From: Octopus sinensis
Taxonomy: Eukaryota
Length of the DNA: 64,000 nt
Reading direction: 5' to 3'
Assembly: GCF_006345805.1 (NCBI RefSeq)
Contig: NC_043017.1
Span: 8,928,001-8,992,000, forward strand
Shown here: piece after piece, positions 50,785-64,000 of the stretch
Layout: each line of letters begins with the position of its first letter
How positions within the stretch are numbered: the stretch's first letter is position 1
Translations under genes and position numbers: made by a program
The notes under the pieces: generated by a model
The model's input: only the letters and a program-made list of their open reading frames with translations
Databases searched by the model: none
Told to the model about the DNA's origin: nothing

Positions 50785-52861
50785 GTGAGTTCTTTTAATT
50801 ATTTTTCTTGGTTTTATTTATCATTTCTTAAATATTTTTTGTGTTTCTAATTTTATTTCATTTTCAAACTTTATCAAAATATTAAATGTCTGAGATGAAC
50901 TGTTGTTAAAAAAGATAATAAATAACGCTGTGTGCTGTTAGCCTCAAGTTCTGACTGTGTGAGTGTATGCATGTTTAAGCCTTATGGTCTTGGTTTCAAT
51001 CCCCAGGTTGAGCTGTGAATTGCGCTCTTCAGCAAAACAGCATACTAGTCCACTTGACTAAAAATGAGTCCCAGCTACAGCCAAAGAATTAACCCTGCAG
51101 TGGACCGGTGTCCTCTTCACATGATATGGGGAACATATTGTACTCTTTGTTGCTTATCATTATTGTCATTGCTTTAACGTCTGCTTTTCCGTGCTTTTGG
51201 AGGAGGGGATAGTTGATTACATTGAGCCTTAGTGCATAACTGGTACTTATTTTATCAAACCTGAAAGGATGAAAGGCAAAGTTAACCTACCTTGGCAGAA
51301 GTTTAATTTGGAATGTAAGTTATATAAAAGAGGTGAAAAACAAAGTTGTCCTTGATGGAGTTTGAACTGAGAATGCAAGGAACTACAAGAAATTTTACTC
51401 CTCATTTTCTCTGTGTTTGCTGATTCTGCCCAAAGTCTAAGAAGAAGAAAAAAAGACATATGAGATGAAACCAAGGCAGTGACCGATCCTAGAACAACAT
51501 CACCAACATTACAATCCTTTTGTTTTTCTCTCTACATTCCCACCTCCAACACCACCACCACCACCGTCATAAGTTTAGATTCTCAGCTCCCTTCCATTTC
51601 CCTGTACATCAGGCTGTGCCCTGGACCTGCTAAAGGTTGTCGGCATCTTCCAGACAGCACCAGGACTAATTGGTGTGGAGAAAATCTGTCTCCCCCCCCC
51701 CGTATATTTTGTGGCATTGCAATAACAGCTCTAACCCCCCCCCACCAGCATCATCATCGTCACCTTCATCAGAACTAGCCTCCTAACCTACCCCATCCCT
51801 ACAACCATATCTGTTTCAATGGTGGTGGTAGTGGGAGGACATCGCACCACCACCACCAATGTAATTGGCTCACCTTTATCACAACTAACCTCCTAACATG
51901 CCCACCCCCACCACTAACAATGCGGGGGGGGGAGTTGTCCCCCCCTCTCCATCACCACAACAAATCTCCATCACTGTCACTAAGGCCAATACAACTAACA
52001 TCACCCACCTTCAGAATACACCTCCTAACATGCCCATCACTATTATAACTATTACAGCTATCCCCCCAACCCCACAGTCTGTACAGTTGACCTTATCCCC
52101 ATCACTGTCTCCACTATAACCAATATAACTATTATAATCACCATGAACCTCCTAACATGCCCACCTCCTACCATTACAACTATTACATCTAGTCCCACTG
52201 TTATTTCTGCTGCTACAGCCTATACAATTGACCAATGTCCATATCACTGCTTCCACTACAGCCAGTACACCTGGACCCTCCACTGCCACCACCAACACCA
52301 CTACAAACCTTACTGTTGACCCTCCACCATGTCACAACCAGCCTCCACCACCACCACCATGTGTTGAACTGGGGCCTACCATATCCTCAGCACCATCATC
52401 ATCATTGACACTACACACTGTAGAACTGACCCCACCACCACCACCACCACTACCATTATACTTAAAAGAACCATTTGTCTTTGTGTGTGTGTGTGATGGA
52501 AGAAAGGTCAGTCCTGTTAAAGATTTGTTGACATTACTTTTGTTTTTCCTCTCACTCCCCTATTTACACCTTGTCTGTGTGTTTGTGTAGGTTAGGAAGG
52601 TATGTGTGTGTATGTGCATACACACACACACACACACACATATATATATTTATATAGTGTGTGTGTGTATATTTTGAATTGTAAATGTTAAAACTATTTG
52701 CTGTTCATAAATGTGTGAAATGTGTCAAGTTGTCACCTTCTCACCACCACCACCACCATTTCACCCATTACTATTGCCTGTTGTGTCCTCATCAGTATTG
52801 TCATGATCATTACTAACACCACAATTGTCATCACACACACACAAACACATTTGTAGGTTCA

Positions 52862-53312
52862 GGCATGGCTGTGTGGTAAGAAGTTTGCTTTTCAACCATG
52901 TAGTTCCTTGTTCGGTTCAGGGCTGTGAAGTCAGAGTCATGGAGTTGGAGTCAGAAACAATTAAGGAGTAGTAGCTGGATTTGGAGTCGGTGAAACTATA
53001 TCGACTCTGATTCCGACTCACAGTGTCTTTCTTCTTTCATATAAACCAGTTATAACATATAGGCCGACTCAAAGTACAAGCGTAAGCTTTATGAAATATG
53101 TAGACCATAATCACTTAATTACATAAAAAGGAGTCGGAGTCAGAGGTGCCAATAGTAGAGGAGTCGGAGTCGAAGTTTTTTGTTTTGACTCCATGGACCT
53201 GGTTCAGACCCACTGTGTGGCACCTTAGGCAAGTGTCTGTGTCTTCTACTATAACCCTGGGCTGACCCAAACCCTGTGAGTAGATTTGGTAGACAGAAAT
53301 TCAAAGAACCCC
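52862..53312 (+). mobile_element. SINE family A interrupted at its B box by a MITE
   Basis: Head at 52862-52917 resumes at 53202 (GTTCAGACCCACTG...). Confidence 0.75.
52918..53201. mobile_element. hAT-like MITE with GGAGTC subterminal repeats
   Basis: Degenerate TIR CAGGGCTGTGAAGTC / GACTCCATGGACCTG; many GGAGTC/GACTC motifs; possible decayed 8-bp TSD. Confidence 0.6.
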
Positions 53313-54991
53313 ATATTACATATATACACACATATATATGCGTGTGTGTGTGTGTGTGGATTTGTGTCGCGTTGTCTTGACTCTGGGTGATGGTTGTAAG
53401 ATGAATTTCACTGTTGTATGTGGAAATATTACCTTGCATGGAAATAGGCGAGGGTTGGCAACAGGAAGGGCATCCAGCTGCAGAATTATCAGCCTCAACG
53501 AATGCATGCAGGCAGGATAAGTTAGAATTATAATAACGATGATAATGGTGATGTTTTTCCGTTCACAATCTTTTTCCGCTTCCTTTATACCAGAGATTAA
53601 AGAATTAATCCCAGCTATCTTTTGTCTTTCATTCCTGTAATACAATCATAATAAGATATGATGTATGATAGTATGGGTATGTGTGCATGTGGATGTATGG
53701 GTGTGTGTGTGTGTTGGGGAGAGGTTATATTAATGAGAAAAACTAATTTCCTTCTTTTGTTATTTGCTTAATTATTTAGTTGTTTGTGTTTTTTTTAAAA
53801 AATAAAAAAAACGTTCTTCATTTTAGAGATTAGAATAATTTTTCTCTTGATTCTTCTTTCAGTCTTGTTTTCTGTTTTTTTGGGTCATAATCAAGAGCAT
53901 CATCATCACCATCATCATCATCATCATCAACATCATCATCTTTCACCTTTTGTTTCCCCTTTTCTTCGATACCACTCCACCTGTACAACAAATAGCAGTG
54001 TGGCAGCAAACATACATACATACATACATACATATTGACACACATAGAGGCACACACAGACAGATGCATGCACAGGCATACACATACATATACATGTGCC
54101 ACATATAAACACAGGCACTTGTACACACACCACACACACACATCTACAGACTCACACACCACACACACACACATTTACAGACTCACACATACACATCTAC
54201 AGACTCACACACTACACACACACACACACACACATCTACAGACTCACACACCACATACACACACACATCTACTAACTCACACACACATCTACAGACTCAC
54301 ACACTGCATACAACACATTTTTGTCATCTCCTGTCTGTATTTCCTGCTGTTGTTCACTGGAAATGGAATTTGGGAATTGTCAGGGTTTTGAAATGCTTCT
54401 CATCCGTTTGTCAATAGCGAACAGATTCAGATGAGAAAAAAGGACCTACATTTCATGATAATTCATTCCATCTGCCTTTTTTTAATCTTTTGCTTACCGT
54501 ATTTCCACATTGAAACACACTGTCTTTGTTTTAAATTAATTTTGAAAATAATGGAGAGGTTAGGCTAGAGTGTGTGCCACCTGGGGCAGCCCTTTCATTT
54601 GCCTCCCCCAGTGACCCTTCCATTTACTGGCCCCGACCCCAACAAAAAACATATTGCCTACAACAGACCCAAAAGTGGTGCCTCATTAAAAGTGCTGCTT
54701 GGGACCCACCCCACTGCCCAAGCATGCTAGTGGTTAGACACAAGCATGGCTGTGTGGTAAGAAGCTCACTTCAAAACCAAATGGCTTTGGGTTCAGTCCC
54801 ACCATGTGGCACCTTGGGCAAGTGTCTTCTAATTATGGGCTGTATGTAGTAGCCCCAGGCTGACTGGTACCTTGTGAGTCAGTCTGCAGAATGGAAACTG
54901 TTGTGTGTGTATTTATATATGACTGAAACAAATAAAAGAGTATATATGTATGCTTTTATTATTGTTGGCCCTTGAGTCATTCTAACTTCTG

Positions 54992-55028
<37 letters not shown>

Positions 55029-55609
55029 TATACACATACATATTGTGTGTGTGGTGGGAGAGACAGGGTACAAACCATTATCTTTTGGTTGGTTTTTCTA
55101 GTATCTTTACTTTATTCACTCAGTCATTTTTGTTGCCATGCCAACTAATTAATGTATTAATTAGAATAAGTTATTCAGGGCAAGGTGGTGGTGGTGGGGG
55201 GGCTCAGCAGGAAGTGTACAAAGTAACTAAAACTGTAAGCATGTCCTTGCAGGCACACCCCACCTCACTCTCTCACACATGCGCACGTGTGTGCACATAG
55301 GCATGCATACGCATTCGTTTAGACTAATAGGTACAGACCGTCGTACACGCACACACAAACAGAGACAAAGCACCCGACTGCAGACGTGCACATAGTTTTA
55401 TATACGCAGAGAATTAGCCTCGGGTCGTGTCTTGTGATAACTGGAGTGGGTGGATGGATGGGTGACTTGTGGTGATTATCTTTGTTAGACGAAAGAGATC
55501 TCGGAAAACAAAACAGACACGATGATGATGGTGGTGGTGGTGATGATGATTTTTTTGAGATCAACAATAACGAAGGCACAATAATGTATAAGAAGGACAG
55601 TTTCAAATT

Positions 55610-58285
55610 CTGTCAAGGTCAGATTTGCCTTTCATCTTTTCAGGGTTGATAAAATAAGTACCAGTTGTGAACTGGGGTTGATGTAACTGAGTTACCATCT
55701 ATCCCAAAATTGCTGGCCTTGTGCCGAAATTCGAAACTAATATTTAGAGAACAATTTCAAATCCTGCCAAGGTCAACTTTGCCGTTCATTGTTTTGGGGT
55801 TGATAAAATAAGTGCTAGACAAACACTCACTCTCTGTTATAGGTACAAGGTCTGAAATTCTAGGGGAGGGAGCTAGTTGATTACATTGACCCCTTTCCCC
55901 CAGTTGTTAACTGGTACCTATTCCATTGACCCTGAAAGAATGAAAGGCAAAGTCTGCTTTGGTAGAATTTGAACTCAGAGCATAAAGATGGACGAAAAGC
56001 TGCTAAGTATTTCATCCAAGATGCTAATTATTTTGCCAGCTCATTGCCTTTATAATAATGATAATGATCCTTTCTACTAAAGGCACAATACCTGAGATTC
56101 TAGGGGAAGGGGTCTAGTCAATAAATCAACCCCAGTGTATAACTGGTACTTATTTCATCAACCCTCAAAGGATGAAACACAAAGTCAACCTCAGCGGAAT
56201 TTGAACTCAGAATGTGCAGACAGATGAGATGCCGCTCAGCATTTTGCCTGGCATGCTGACGATTCCATCAGCTTGCCCCCTTTAATAATGATAATGATGA
56301 TGACGATCTGTACAAACAAAGAAAAATTAGAAATTGAGATACAGGCACAGGCATGGCAGTGTGGTTAAGAAAACTACTTTGCAATCCTGTGGGATTTTGG
56401 GTTCAGTCCCACTACATGGCATCTTGAGCAAGTGTCTTCTTTAGCCCTGAGCTGTTCAGTGCTTTGTGAGTCGTGTTGATGGATGGAAACTATGCAGAAG
56501 CCTGTTTGGTATATGTGTATATCTTAGTTGTTTGTCTTTCGTTTCTTGACAACAACCAGTATTAATTTCTTTATACCCCTGTAACAATAACAGCAAATTA
56601 GACAAAGAGAATAAATACCAAACTTTAAAAAAAAAAAAAAGGAGCAAGAAATACCGGAGATGAATCTGATCAACTAAAGCCCTACAAGAGAATGCCCCAG
56701 CATGGCCACAGTCAAATGACGGAAACCATCAAAACGATAAACACACATGACACACATTTCTATATGAAAGGGAACTTATGTAATCCTTGAGTGATGGTGG
56801 CGGAGTGGAGTGGAGGCAGGGAGGATGCTTGCCCTTCATCTTCTTCACCTGCATCTCTCTAAGCCCCACCCCTCCCCCACCTCATACACTCTCCACTTCA
56901 ACAATAAACCTACTTTATCTCACCCTTCAAACCCTACTCTCCTCCTACACTACCTCAGCCCCCTCTCTTGGTTTTGTGGGTAAACATTTTTTCTTCTCTT
57001 CTTAGATTTTTGTTGCTGCTGTTCTTTTTTGTTATGCAGCAGCAGCAGCAGTTGTTGTTGTTGTTTTTGTTGTTGCAGGTCTTACTCTGTCAAATGCAAA
57101 GCTTATTCATTCCCTTTTGTTTTGAATTAATCATAACATTATTCCACAATTTGATATTTCTTGGTCAGTGTCCATGTTTCACTGCCAGCTGTGTGGTAAG
57201 TAGCTTGCTTACCAGCCACATGGTTCTGGGTTCAGTTCCACTGTGTGGCACCTTGGGCAAGTGTCTTCTATAGCCTCAGGCCGACCAAATCCTTGTGAGT
57301 GGATTTGGTAGATGGAAACTGAAAGAAGCCCATCATGTGTGAAAAGATGAGAGGCAAAGTCAACCATGGAATTTGAACTCAGAATGTAAAGCCAGATGAA
57401 ATACCTATTTCTTTATTACCCACAAGGGGCTAAACACAGAAGGGACAAACAAGGACAGACAAACGGATTAAGTTGATTATATCGACCCCAGTGCGTAACT
57501 GGTACTTACTTAATCAACCCCGAAAGGATGAAAGGCAAAGTCGACCTCCGCGGAATTTGAACTCAGAATGTAAAGTCAGACGAAATACCGCTAAGCATTT
57601 TGCGCGGCGTGTTAACGTTTCTGCCACCCCACCGACAGATGAAATACCGCTAAGCATTTCACCCAGCTCACTGCCTTAATCCTTTCATTACCAACCCAGC
57701 TGGAACCAGCTCTGGCACTGAGTACAAATGTCTTGTTCTCAAAAGTTCTGAATTAAAATCTTCCACCAAACCTTAGTCACAATTTATGTTCCTAACACCA
57801 GCTTAATGACAACTAAATTATTTTACTAAATTCTTTGTTATATTTAAAATTAATTGAAAGAAACAAAGAGCATCTCAACAGAAATATGGTAACAAAAGGG
57901 TTAATAATAATTTGAGATTTTAATGATGTGATTGTATATTTTTAGACTGACAATGTAGGGTAGGTGTGAGAGGCTGAATCTGGCCAGTTTGAACATAAAA
58001 CAGGTGGACTATTTTAGTTTGCTATAACCAGCTTAAGCTCTTAGCATTTAGATTATTTTGTCAAGTTTAATGCTTATTTATTTGCATTGTTTTGAATTAT
58101 TAATCAGATAAATGGATTAAGTCGATTATATTGACCCCAGTACGTAACTGGTACTTTATTTAATCGACCCCGAAAGGATGAAAGGCAAAGTCGACCTTGG
58201 CGGAATTTGAACTCAGAATGTGGCGGCAGACGAAATACCGCTAAGCATTTCGCCTGGTGTGCTAACATTTCTGCCAGCTTGCCAC
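55610..58285. mobile_element. Cluster of family B SINE copies (at least 6, with family A pieces)
   Basis: Copies or fragments near 55610, 55745, 55830, 56070, 57340-57675 and 58085. Confidence 0.8.
57676..57904. mobile_element. piggyBac-type MITE, family 1
   Basis: TTAA ends; colinear with 1101-1321. Confidence 0.8.
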
Positions 58286-60562
58286 TTCTTACCACACAGC
58301 CATGCTCCAGCATGGCCACTGTCCAATGACAGAAACATGTAAAATATAATGATAAAAGAAGTAGGACTTTGGTTGTTACTTCCTTACAACCCCATTCTGA
58401 AATAACCCACACTGCTTCACCCCAAAAATTGCTTGAGCCCTCAACTTAGAGAAACCCTCTTGTGGTATTGTGGTGACAGCTGACCATTGGTCTGCATCTT
58501 ATTAGCCATTTTTGTTGTTGTTCCCGTGGACTTGTTGTAATAAAACGGTTAATACACTTATCACCTGCTTGTTGTTGTTGTTGTGGTAGTGGTGGTGAGC
58601 ACTGCTGTCTGTGTGATGGTGGTAGTAGTAACATTGTTTGGGGTGGGGGTGGTAGTAACAGTAGTAGCAGCAGCATTGTTGGGGTGGGTGGTGGTAGTAC
58701 TAGTTAGAGCATTGTTGGGGTGGTGGTGGTGGTATTAGTAATATTAATGGTAGTAGTAGTAGCAGCAGCAGCAGCATTGTTGAGGTGGTGGTTGTTGATT
58801 TGCATAAGCTGGATATCTCTACCACCTGCTTCTCCGTATGTGTGGGGGCGGTGGTTTAATATTTATAGTCTTGGTGGTGGTGGTGGTGGTGGTGGTTGCT
58901 TGCTGGTGCGGTAGTGGTGGAGACGGTGGCGGTGTTGCTGCTGTTGTAAACTTGAGCCCCACTATTAGCCTCCCTTATCTTATAAAAATAAACGATAATA
59001 ATAACAACAACAATACTACTACTATTAATAATAATAATAGGGATAATTATCTTAGTAGGTGATAATTATCTGTAATTCTAACACCTTGATCTAATAATTA
59101 AGTTTTCAAAAACTTTTGTGGTGGTGGCAGTGATGTTAGAAATAGTGTTTGTGTGTGTGTGTGTGCACCTGAATGCAGTTATATAATGTGAGTGGGTGAC
59201 TGGTGCTCCGCATACGCACACATAAACGGTCTGCGTCCACATTAACAATGTATGCATCATTTCTGCATAGACATACGCCTTTAAAATGTACACCTGTTTA
59301 CATGTATTGTGAAAACTTGTGCATGTACATGCATGCACACGATTGCATGTGTGTGTGTGTGTGTGTGTGTGTGTACATATATGAGGGGGTGTGCTGAAAA
59401 GTTCCTGGCTTTGGGTAATTAAGATTTTATTCAACACACTTATTGCAGCGGTCCTTCAGTTTTTCGAAGCCCTGTAAGTGAACTCAGAACATTGAGGGTC
59501 TCCAACTAGGCCTTTCATGATGCCCTTAAAGCCAGGAACTTTGCAGCACCCCCCCCCCCCTTCGTGTGCATATCTGTATATGCACACACACTGACACATA
59601 CTAGGTGTCAATATATACATGTGCACAGATTCATGATTTATACAGTCATGTACGTCTATAGCTGTACACACACGTATGTGTATATATATATATATATTTA
59701 TACATCACGTGATCACGTGACCGACCAGACCATCAGATGTTGCTACACATCGCTGGTCACAATGCGCTTCGCATTGTTTTAGCCTTCAAATGACGCCACC
59801 CCGCTGGCTAAGCGAGCAGGCCAATATTTATACGTATGCATATTTATAGGTATACAAATGCCTATACATACATTTATATCCATATATATATATATACATA
59901 CCTACATATGTAAATGTCAAATGATGAAAATGAGTGCTCAACACTGCATTGGTGGATATAATTTCTTTATTTGTGATTTAAGGCTACCATTGGTTTCACG
60001 TGAAGAAAAGTGGAAAAATATCCCAGTGTCTCAACAATTTTTCAAGCTGATCACATGGAGGAAGGTGTCTGCTTCCATTTTAGGTTAAGAAGTTTGTTTC
60101 TCACCCGCATGGTTTCCGGTTCAGTCTCACTGCATGACACTTTGTGCAAGTGTCTTCTGTGGCTCCAGGACAATGAAGTATGAGCTGGTAGTATATATCT
60201 ATTTATCTGTCTATCTATACATACATACATAGCATTATCTTAATATCCACTTTTCTACGCTTGCATGAGTTGGACGGAGTTTGTTAAGGCAGATTTTCTA
60301 CGTCTGCCTTCCCTTCCAGTTGCCAATTCTTTACCTGTTTCCAAGCAAGGTAACAGTTCCTCATGCTATTTTTGTAGAACATTGGAGAAGAATGACATTC
60401 GTTCACAACAATCACACAATATCAAGGCAAACTGGCACAAACCTGCATACAACAACCTCCTAAGCAGACCAAGTGCCGATATCAATAGCATGTGGGAACC
60501 TATATTAAGGAAGAATAGGAAAATATTAGATTTATAAGCCCTAAAAATTCACTCCATAATTG

Positions 60563-60800
60563 CTCACGGGCATATGGTTAAGAGTGCGGGTTACTGACTC
60601 CAAGATTCTGAGTTTGATTCCAGGCAGTGACCTGAATAATAATAATAATAACATCAGAAAATACCTTAGGAATGCGAACCTAGGTTCGGAATTTCCCCGA
60701 GACATCTGATGAAGGCTGGAGGGTATATCAGCCGAAACATTGTGTTAACAACAAACAAGATGACAAATATCCGTCAAATGTAAATAATGTCTCATCTCAT
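60563..60800 (+). mobile_element. SINE-like element: tRNA-like head, (AAT)n and hammerhead-containing 3' part
   Basis: A-box-like TGGTTAAGAGTG; B-box-like GAGTTTGATTCC; CTGATGA 60706-60712; stem GGCTG/CAGCC; GAAA 60734-60737. Confidence 0.55.
60701..60746 (+). ncRNA. Minimal type I hammerhead motif (Penelope-type, probably decayed)
   Basis: GACAT-CTGATGA-A-GGCTG-GAGGGTATAT-CAGCC-GAAACATT-GTGTT; stem I pairs with G.U wobbles; stem III ACAT is one change from the palindrome ACGT. Confidence 0.5.
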
Positions 60801-63227
60801 AAATATAGAACCACATGGTTTTGGGTTCAGTCTCATTGCATGGTACCTCTACTAAAGGTTTGGGCTGACCAAAATCTTGTAAATGTATTTGGTAGATGGA
60901 AACTGAAAGAAGCCTGTTCATATATTTATGTCTTTGTATCTGTGTTTGTTCCCCTGCCATCACTTTACTATTCATGCTGGTGTGTTTACGTCTCTGTAAC
61001 TTAGCGGTTTGGCAAAAGAGAATGATAGAATAAGTACTAAGCTTACAAAGAATAACTCCTGGGGTGGAGTGGAGGGGGGTCAATTTCTTTGACTAAAACC
61101 CTTTAAGGCATTGTTCCAGCATGGCCACAGCCAAATGACTGAAGCAAGTAGAAGAATAAAGGAATAATAAACACACATGGTGATTTTTCTTTAATTTTTT
61201 TTTTTTTTCCAGTTTTTATCCACCAGAACCACTCTCAAGGCTTTGGTTGGTCTGGGGCTGGAGTAGGAGAGACTTGCCTAAGGTGCCACGCAGTGGTACT
61301 GAACCCGAAACCGAGTGGTTGGGAACCAAACTTCTTAGCCACACAACCATGCCATGATTGTGTTTATGCAATGTGTATATGCACGTGTGTGTGTGTGCGC
61401 GTATATATGCCTGCCTGCTTCCCAAGCATATGCCATAGAGTGCGTGTGTGTGTGTGTGCGCATCTATGCAGATGCATGCACACAAGCAGACTGGTGGGGG
61501 TGGGGCATCTCACTCCTTCCTTACCCATAATTTGGGTAGCTGTGTCGGATGGTGGTGGTGGTGGGGATTATGCCTATGTGGGTGAGGGAAGTGTCGAGTT
61601 TCTCTGATGATTCATCAATGGTAACTGTCAAGAGGGTTGAAGTGAAAACCTCATTTTGGAAGATTTGGTTGGTGGTGGTGGTGGTGGTGGTAGCTGAAAG
61701 TCAGTGGTTCTTGCAGACAGAGAAATAGCAGCATCCCAGCCCTCACAAAATAGAATCTTTTTATCTTTCACTTGTTTCCGTCCCTGGGCTGCGGCCATTT
61801 CTTGGGGGCACTGCCTTGAAGGGTTTAGCTGAGCAAATTGACCCCAGTATGCAATAGTTTTAAGCCTGGTACTTTCATTAGTTGCTTTTGTCAAAATAAT
61901 CTATGAGGATGTAATCAAACCAACACCGTTTGTCAAGCAGTGATGGGGGCAAACACATACACAAAGACACACACATGATGGGATTCTTTCAGTTTCCACC
62001 TATGAAATACACTCACAGAGGCTTTGATCACCCCAGGGCTATAGTAGATGACACTTGCCCAAGGTGCTATGCAGTGGGATTGAACCTGGAACCATGTGGT
62101 TGAGAAGCAAGCTTCTTACCACACAGCCACCCCTGTGAATTTTTGGACCTTGCCTCCTTCTGTTTATTAGTGAGAGGCTAAATAGATTTTTTTGTTTTTG
62201 TAATTGGTTTACAAGACCTTGATGTGAATTCATGTGTTGAAACAGATTTTCTTGTATGTCAGGAGGGTCATTATGTCAATAATAAACACATGCACTGGTT
62301 ATATTTCACTTCTTGTGTTATTGTTACTCAATTTGTTAGCATTTAGCTTGTTAATCAATCAACCAAAAACACACCTGGAATAGATGAAGGTATGTCATCT
62401 TTGCTGTTGTAAAAAACTAGTTTTAGTAATTACAATGTTATTTTACCAAATTCTTCATTGTCTTCAAAATTACTTGAAACAAGGGCTCTCTATATTTCAA
62501 TAGAGATATTAATGGGAACAAAAAAGGCAAACATTTATTGACTTCTCAAAACGTTTGATATACTTTGTAACAAATTATAGTTGCCTAATAAAGTACCACG
62601 TACCGTACACTAGTCATTAAAAAAGTGAAAGGATTGTGTTGCTGAAGTTTTAGCTCTAGCTCAGCCTTGATAAAACAGATTTATAAATAAATAGAGGCAT
62701 TCCAAACATGACCATCTTGTCTTTATTTATGTCTGTGGCCACATTTCTCTTCATTTGGTTTATTTTTTAAGACTACCAAGTATGAATTGAACGCAATTGT
62801 TGTTACTATTTTAAGCCAACTCCTTCTAGTGGTTGATGGTGATGTGGTGGTGGTGGTGGCCATGGTGGTATTGGTAGCTGCAGTAATGGGATGGTTGTTG
62901 TTGTAGAGATGATTACATAGCAGATTGTGTCTCCTATGTTATGTGATATGGTGAGTGTGTGTGTGTAAAAGTGCATGTCTGCGTATGTGTAAAGTTGTCC
63001 AAATGTGTCTTGTGTTATGTGATACAGTATATGTGTGTGTGTGTGAGTGTGCATGTCTGTGTGTAAAATTGGACAAATTTGTTTGGTATCTTGAGCAATA
63101 TGGTGTGTGTGTGTGTGTGTGTGTGTGTTTTCGTGTATGTAAGTAAACAAAACAAAAATGATGTATACGGGTGTGGTTGTGATCCAGATGTTTGTGTACT
63201 GAAAGTGTGTGTATGTGTTTATATTAA

Positions 63228-63269
<42 letters not shown>

Positions 63270-64000
63270 GACACAAATGTGTGTGTGTTTGTGTGGGTAC
63301 GTGTGTGTCACAAATTCTTGTATATGTACTATACAAATGTGTGTTTGTTAATGTTACAGGTGTGTGTATATGTATATATTACAAGCATGTGCGTGAGTAT
63401 GTGGCACAAGAGTTTGTGTTGTACACGTCTGGTACAAATTGTGTGCATGTGAGAGAGACTTCATGCATTCCAACTGATACAGGGTTGGGCTTCACTGAGA
63501 AGTCATCATGAACAGATTTTAGAGATAGCACACAGATGGGGAGGGAACCCAGGAGGGGGTGGGATGGAGAGAGCAGTCACAGTTTTGACCGCGATTTTTT
63601 TTTTTGTTTATTTTGGTAGAACACCTGATAACCTTTGCACTGGTGCTTTTTTCAGCTATTTTTCTTTATTACATCGTACTTTGTAATTTTTTTTTTTTTT
63701 TTGTTTTCCTTTTGAGATCTCCAGATAACCCATTGCTGAATGGGAAGAAATGTTCTGCATAGATTGACACTTGACGCTGTTTTCTGGCATCTAACGTGTG
63801 AGTGATACAGAGAGTGGAGAGAGAAGAAACCCCAAAAGAAAAAAAACAACTTCATGCAGGGAGGAAGAAGGGAGTTCTAATATTTCTGTGGGCAGAACTC
63901 TACCTTGTTGCTGCCACCCCCACCCCCGTTATCAGGGTGGGGAGCAAAAAGGGAGAGAGATGTCAGTTTGGTGTTGTAGGGATAAATAGATCAGGAGTAG

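Noticed and set aside
62347-62389. Possible IMP3 exon 3 (AG...GTATGT)
   Set aside because: Translation LVNQSTKNTPGIDE has no similarity to the expected IMP3 continuation

Overview
This is repeat-saturated animal genomic DNA: AT-rich, dense in microsatellites, with tRNA-derived SINEs, RTE and L1/Tx1-type LINE fossils and DNA-transposon MITEs. The repeat landscape resembles a coleoid cephalopod (Octopus-like) genome, which is an inference; the species cannot be confirmed here. Nearly all entries in the ORF track are microsatellite read-throughs or transposon fragments. One host gene is recognisable: IMP3 (U3 snoRNP protein), on the + strand. Exon 1 CDS is 39795-39931 and exon 2 is 50677-50784, joined in frame across a 10.7-kb GT-AG intron; I did not find the remaining exons in the window. 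Its promoter has clustered ETS-like motifs, an extended E-box just inside intron 1, and a 7-copy ~133-bp tandem array immediately upstream. The most notable finding is a set of type I hammerhead ribozyme motifs in short Penelope-like/retrozyme-like repeats. Three related copies (24943+, 32421-, 35373+) have a long stem II, a palindromic ACGATCGT stem III (one substitution in the 32421 copy) and a covarying stem I. A fourth, minimal hammerhead (60701+) lies downstream of a tRNA-like Pol III head. All family names come from recalled motif similarity, not database searches. SINE and LINE boundaries are approximate.
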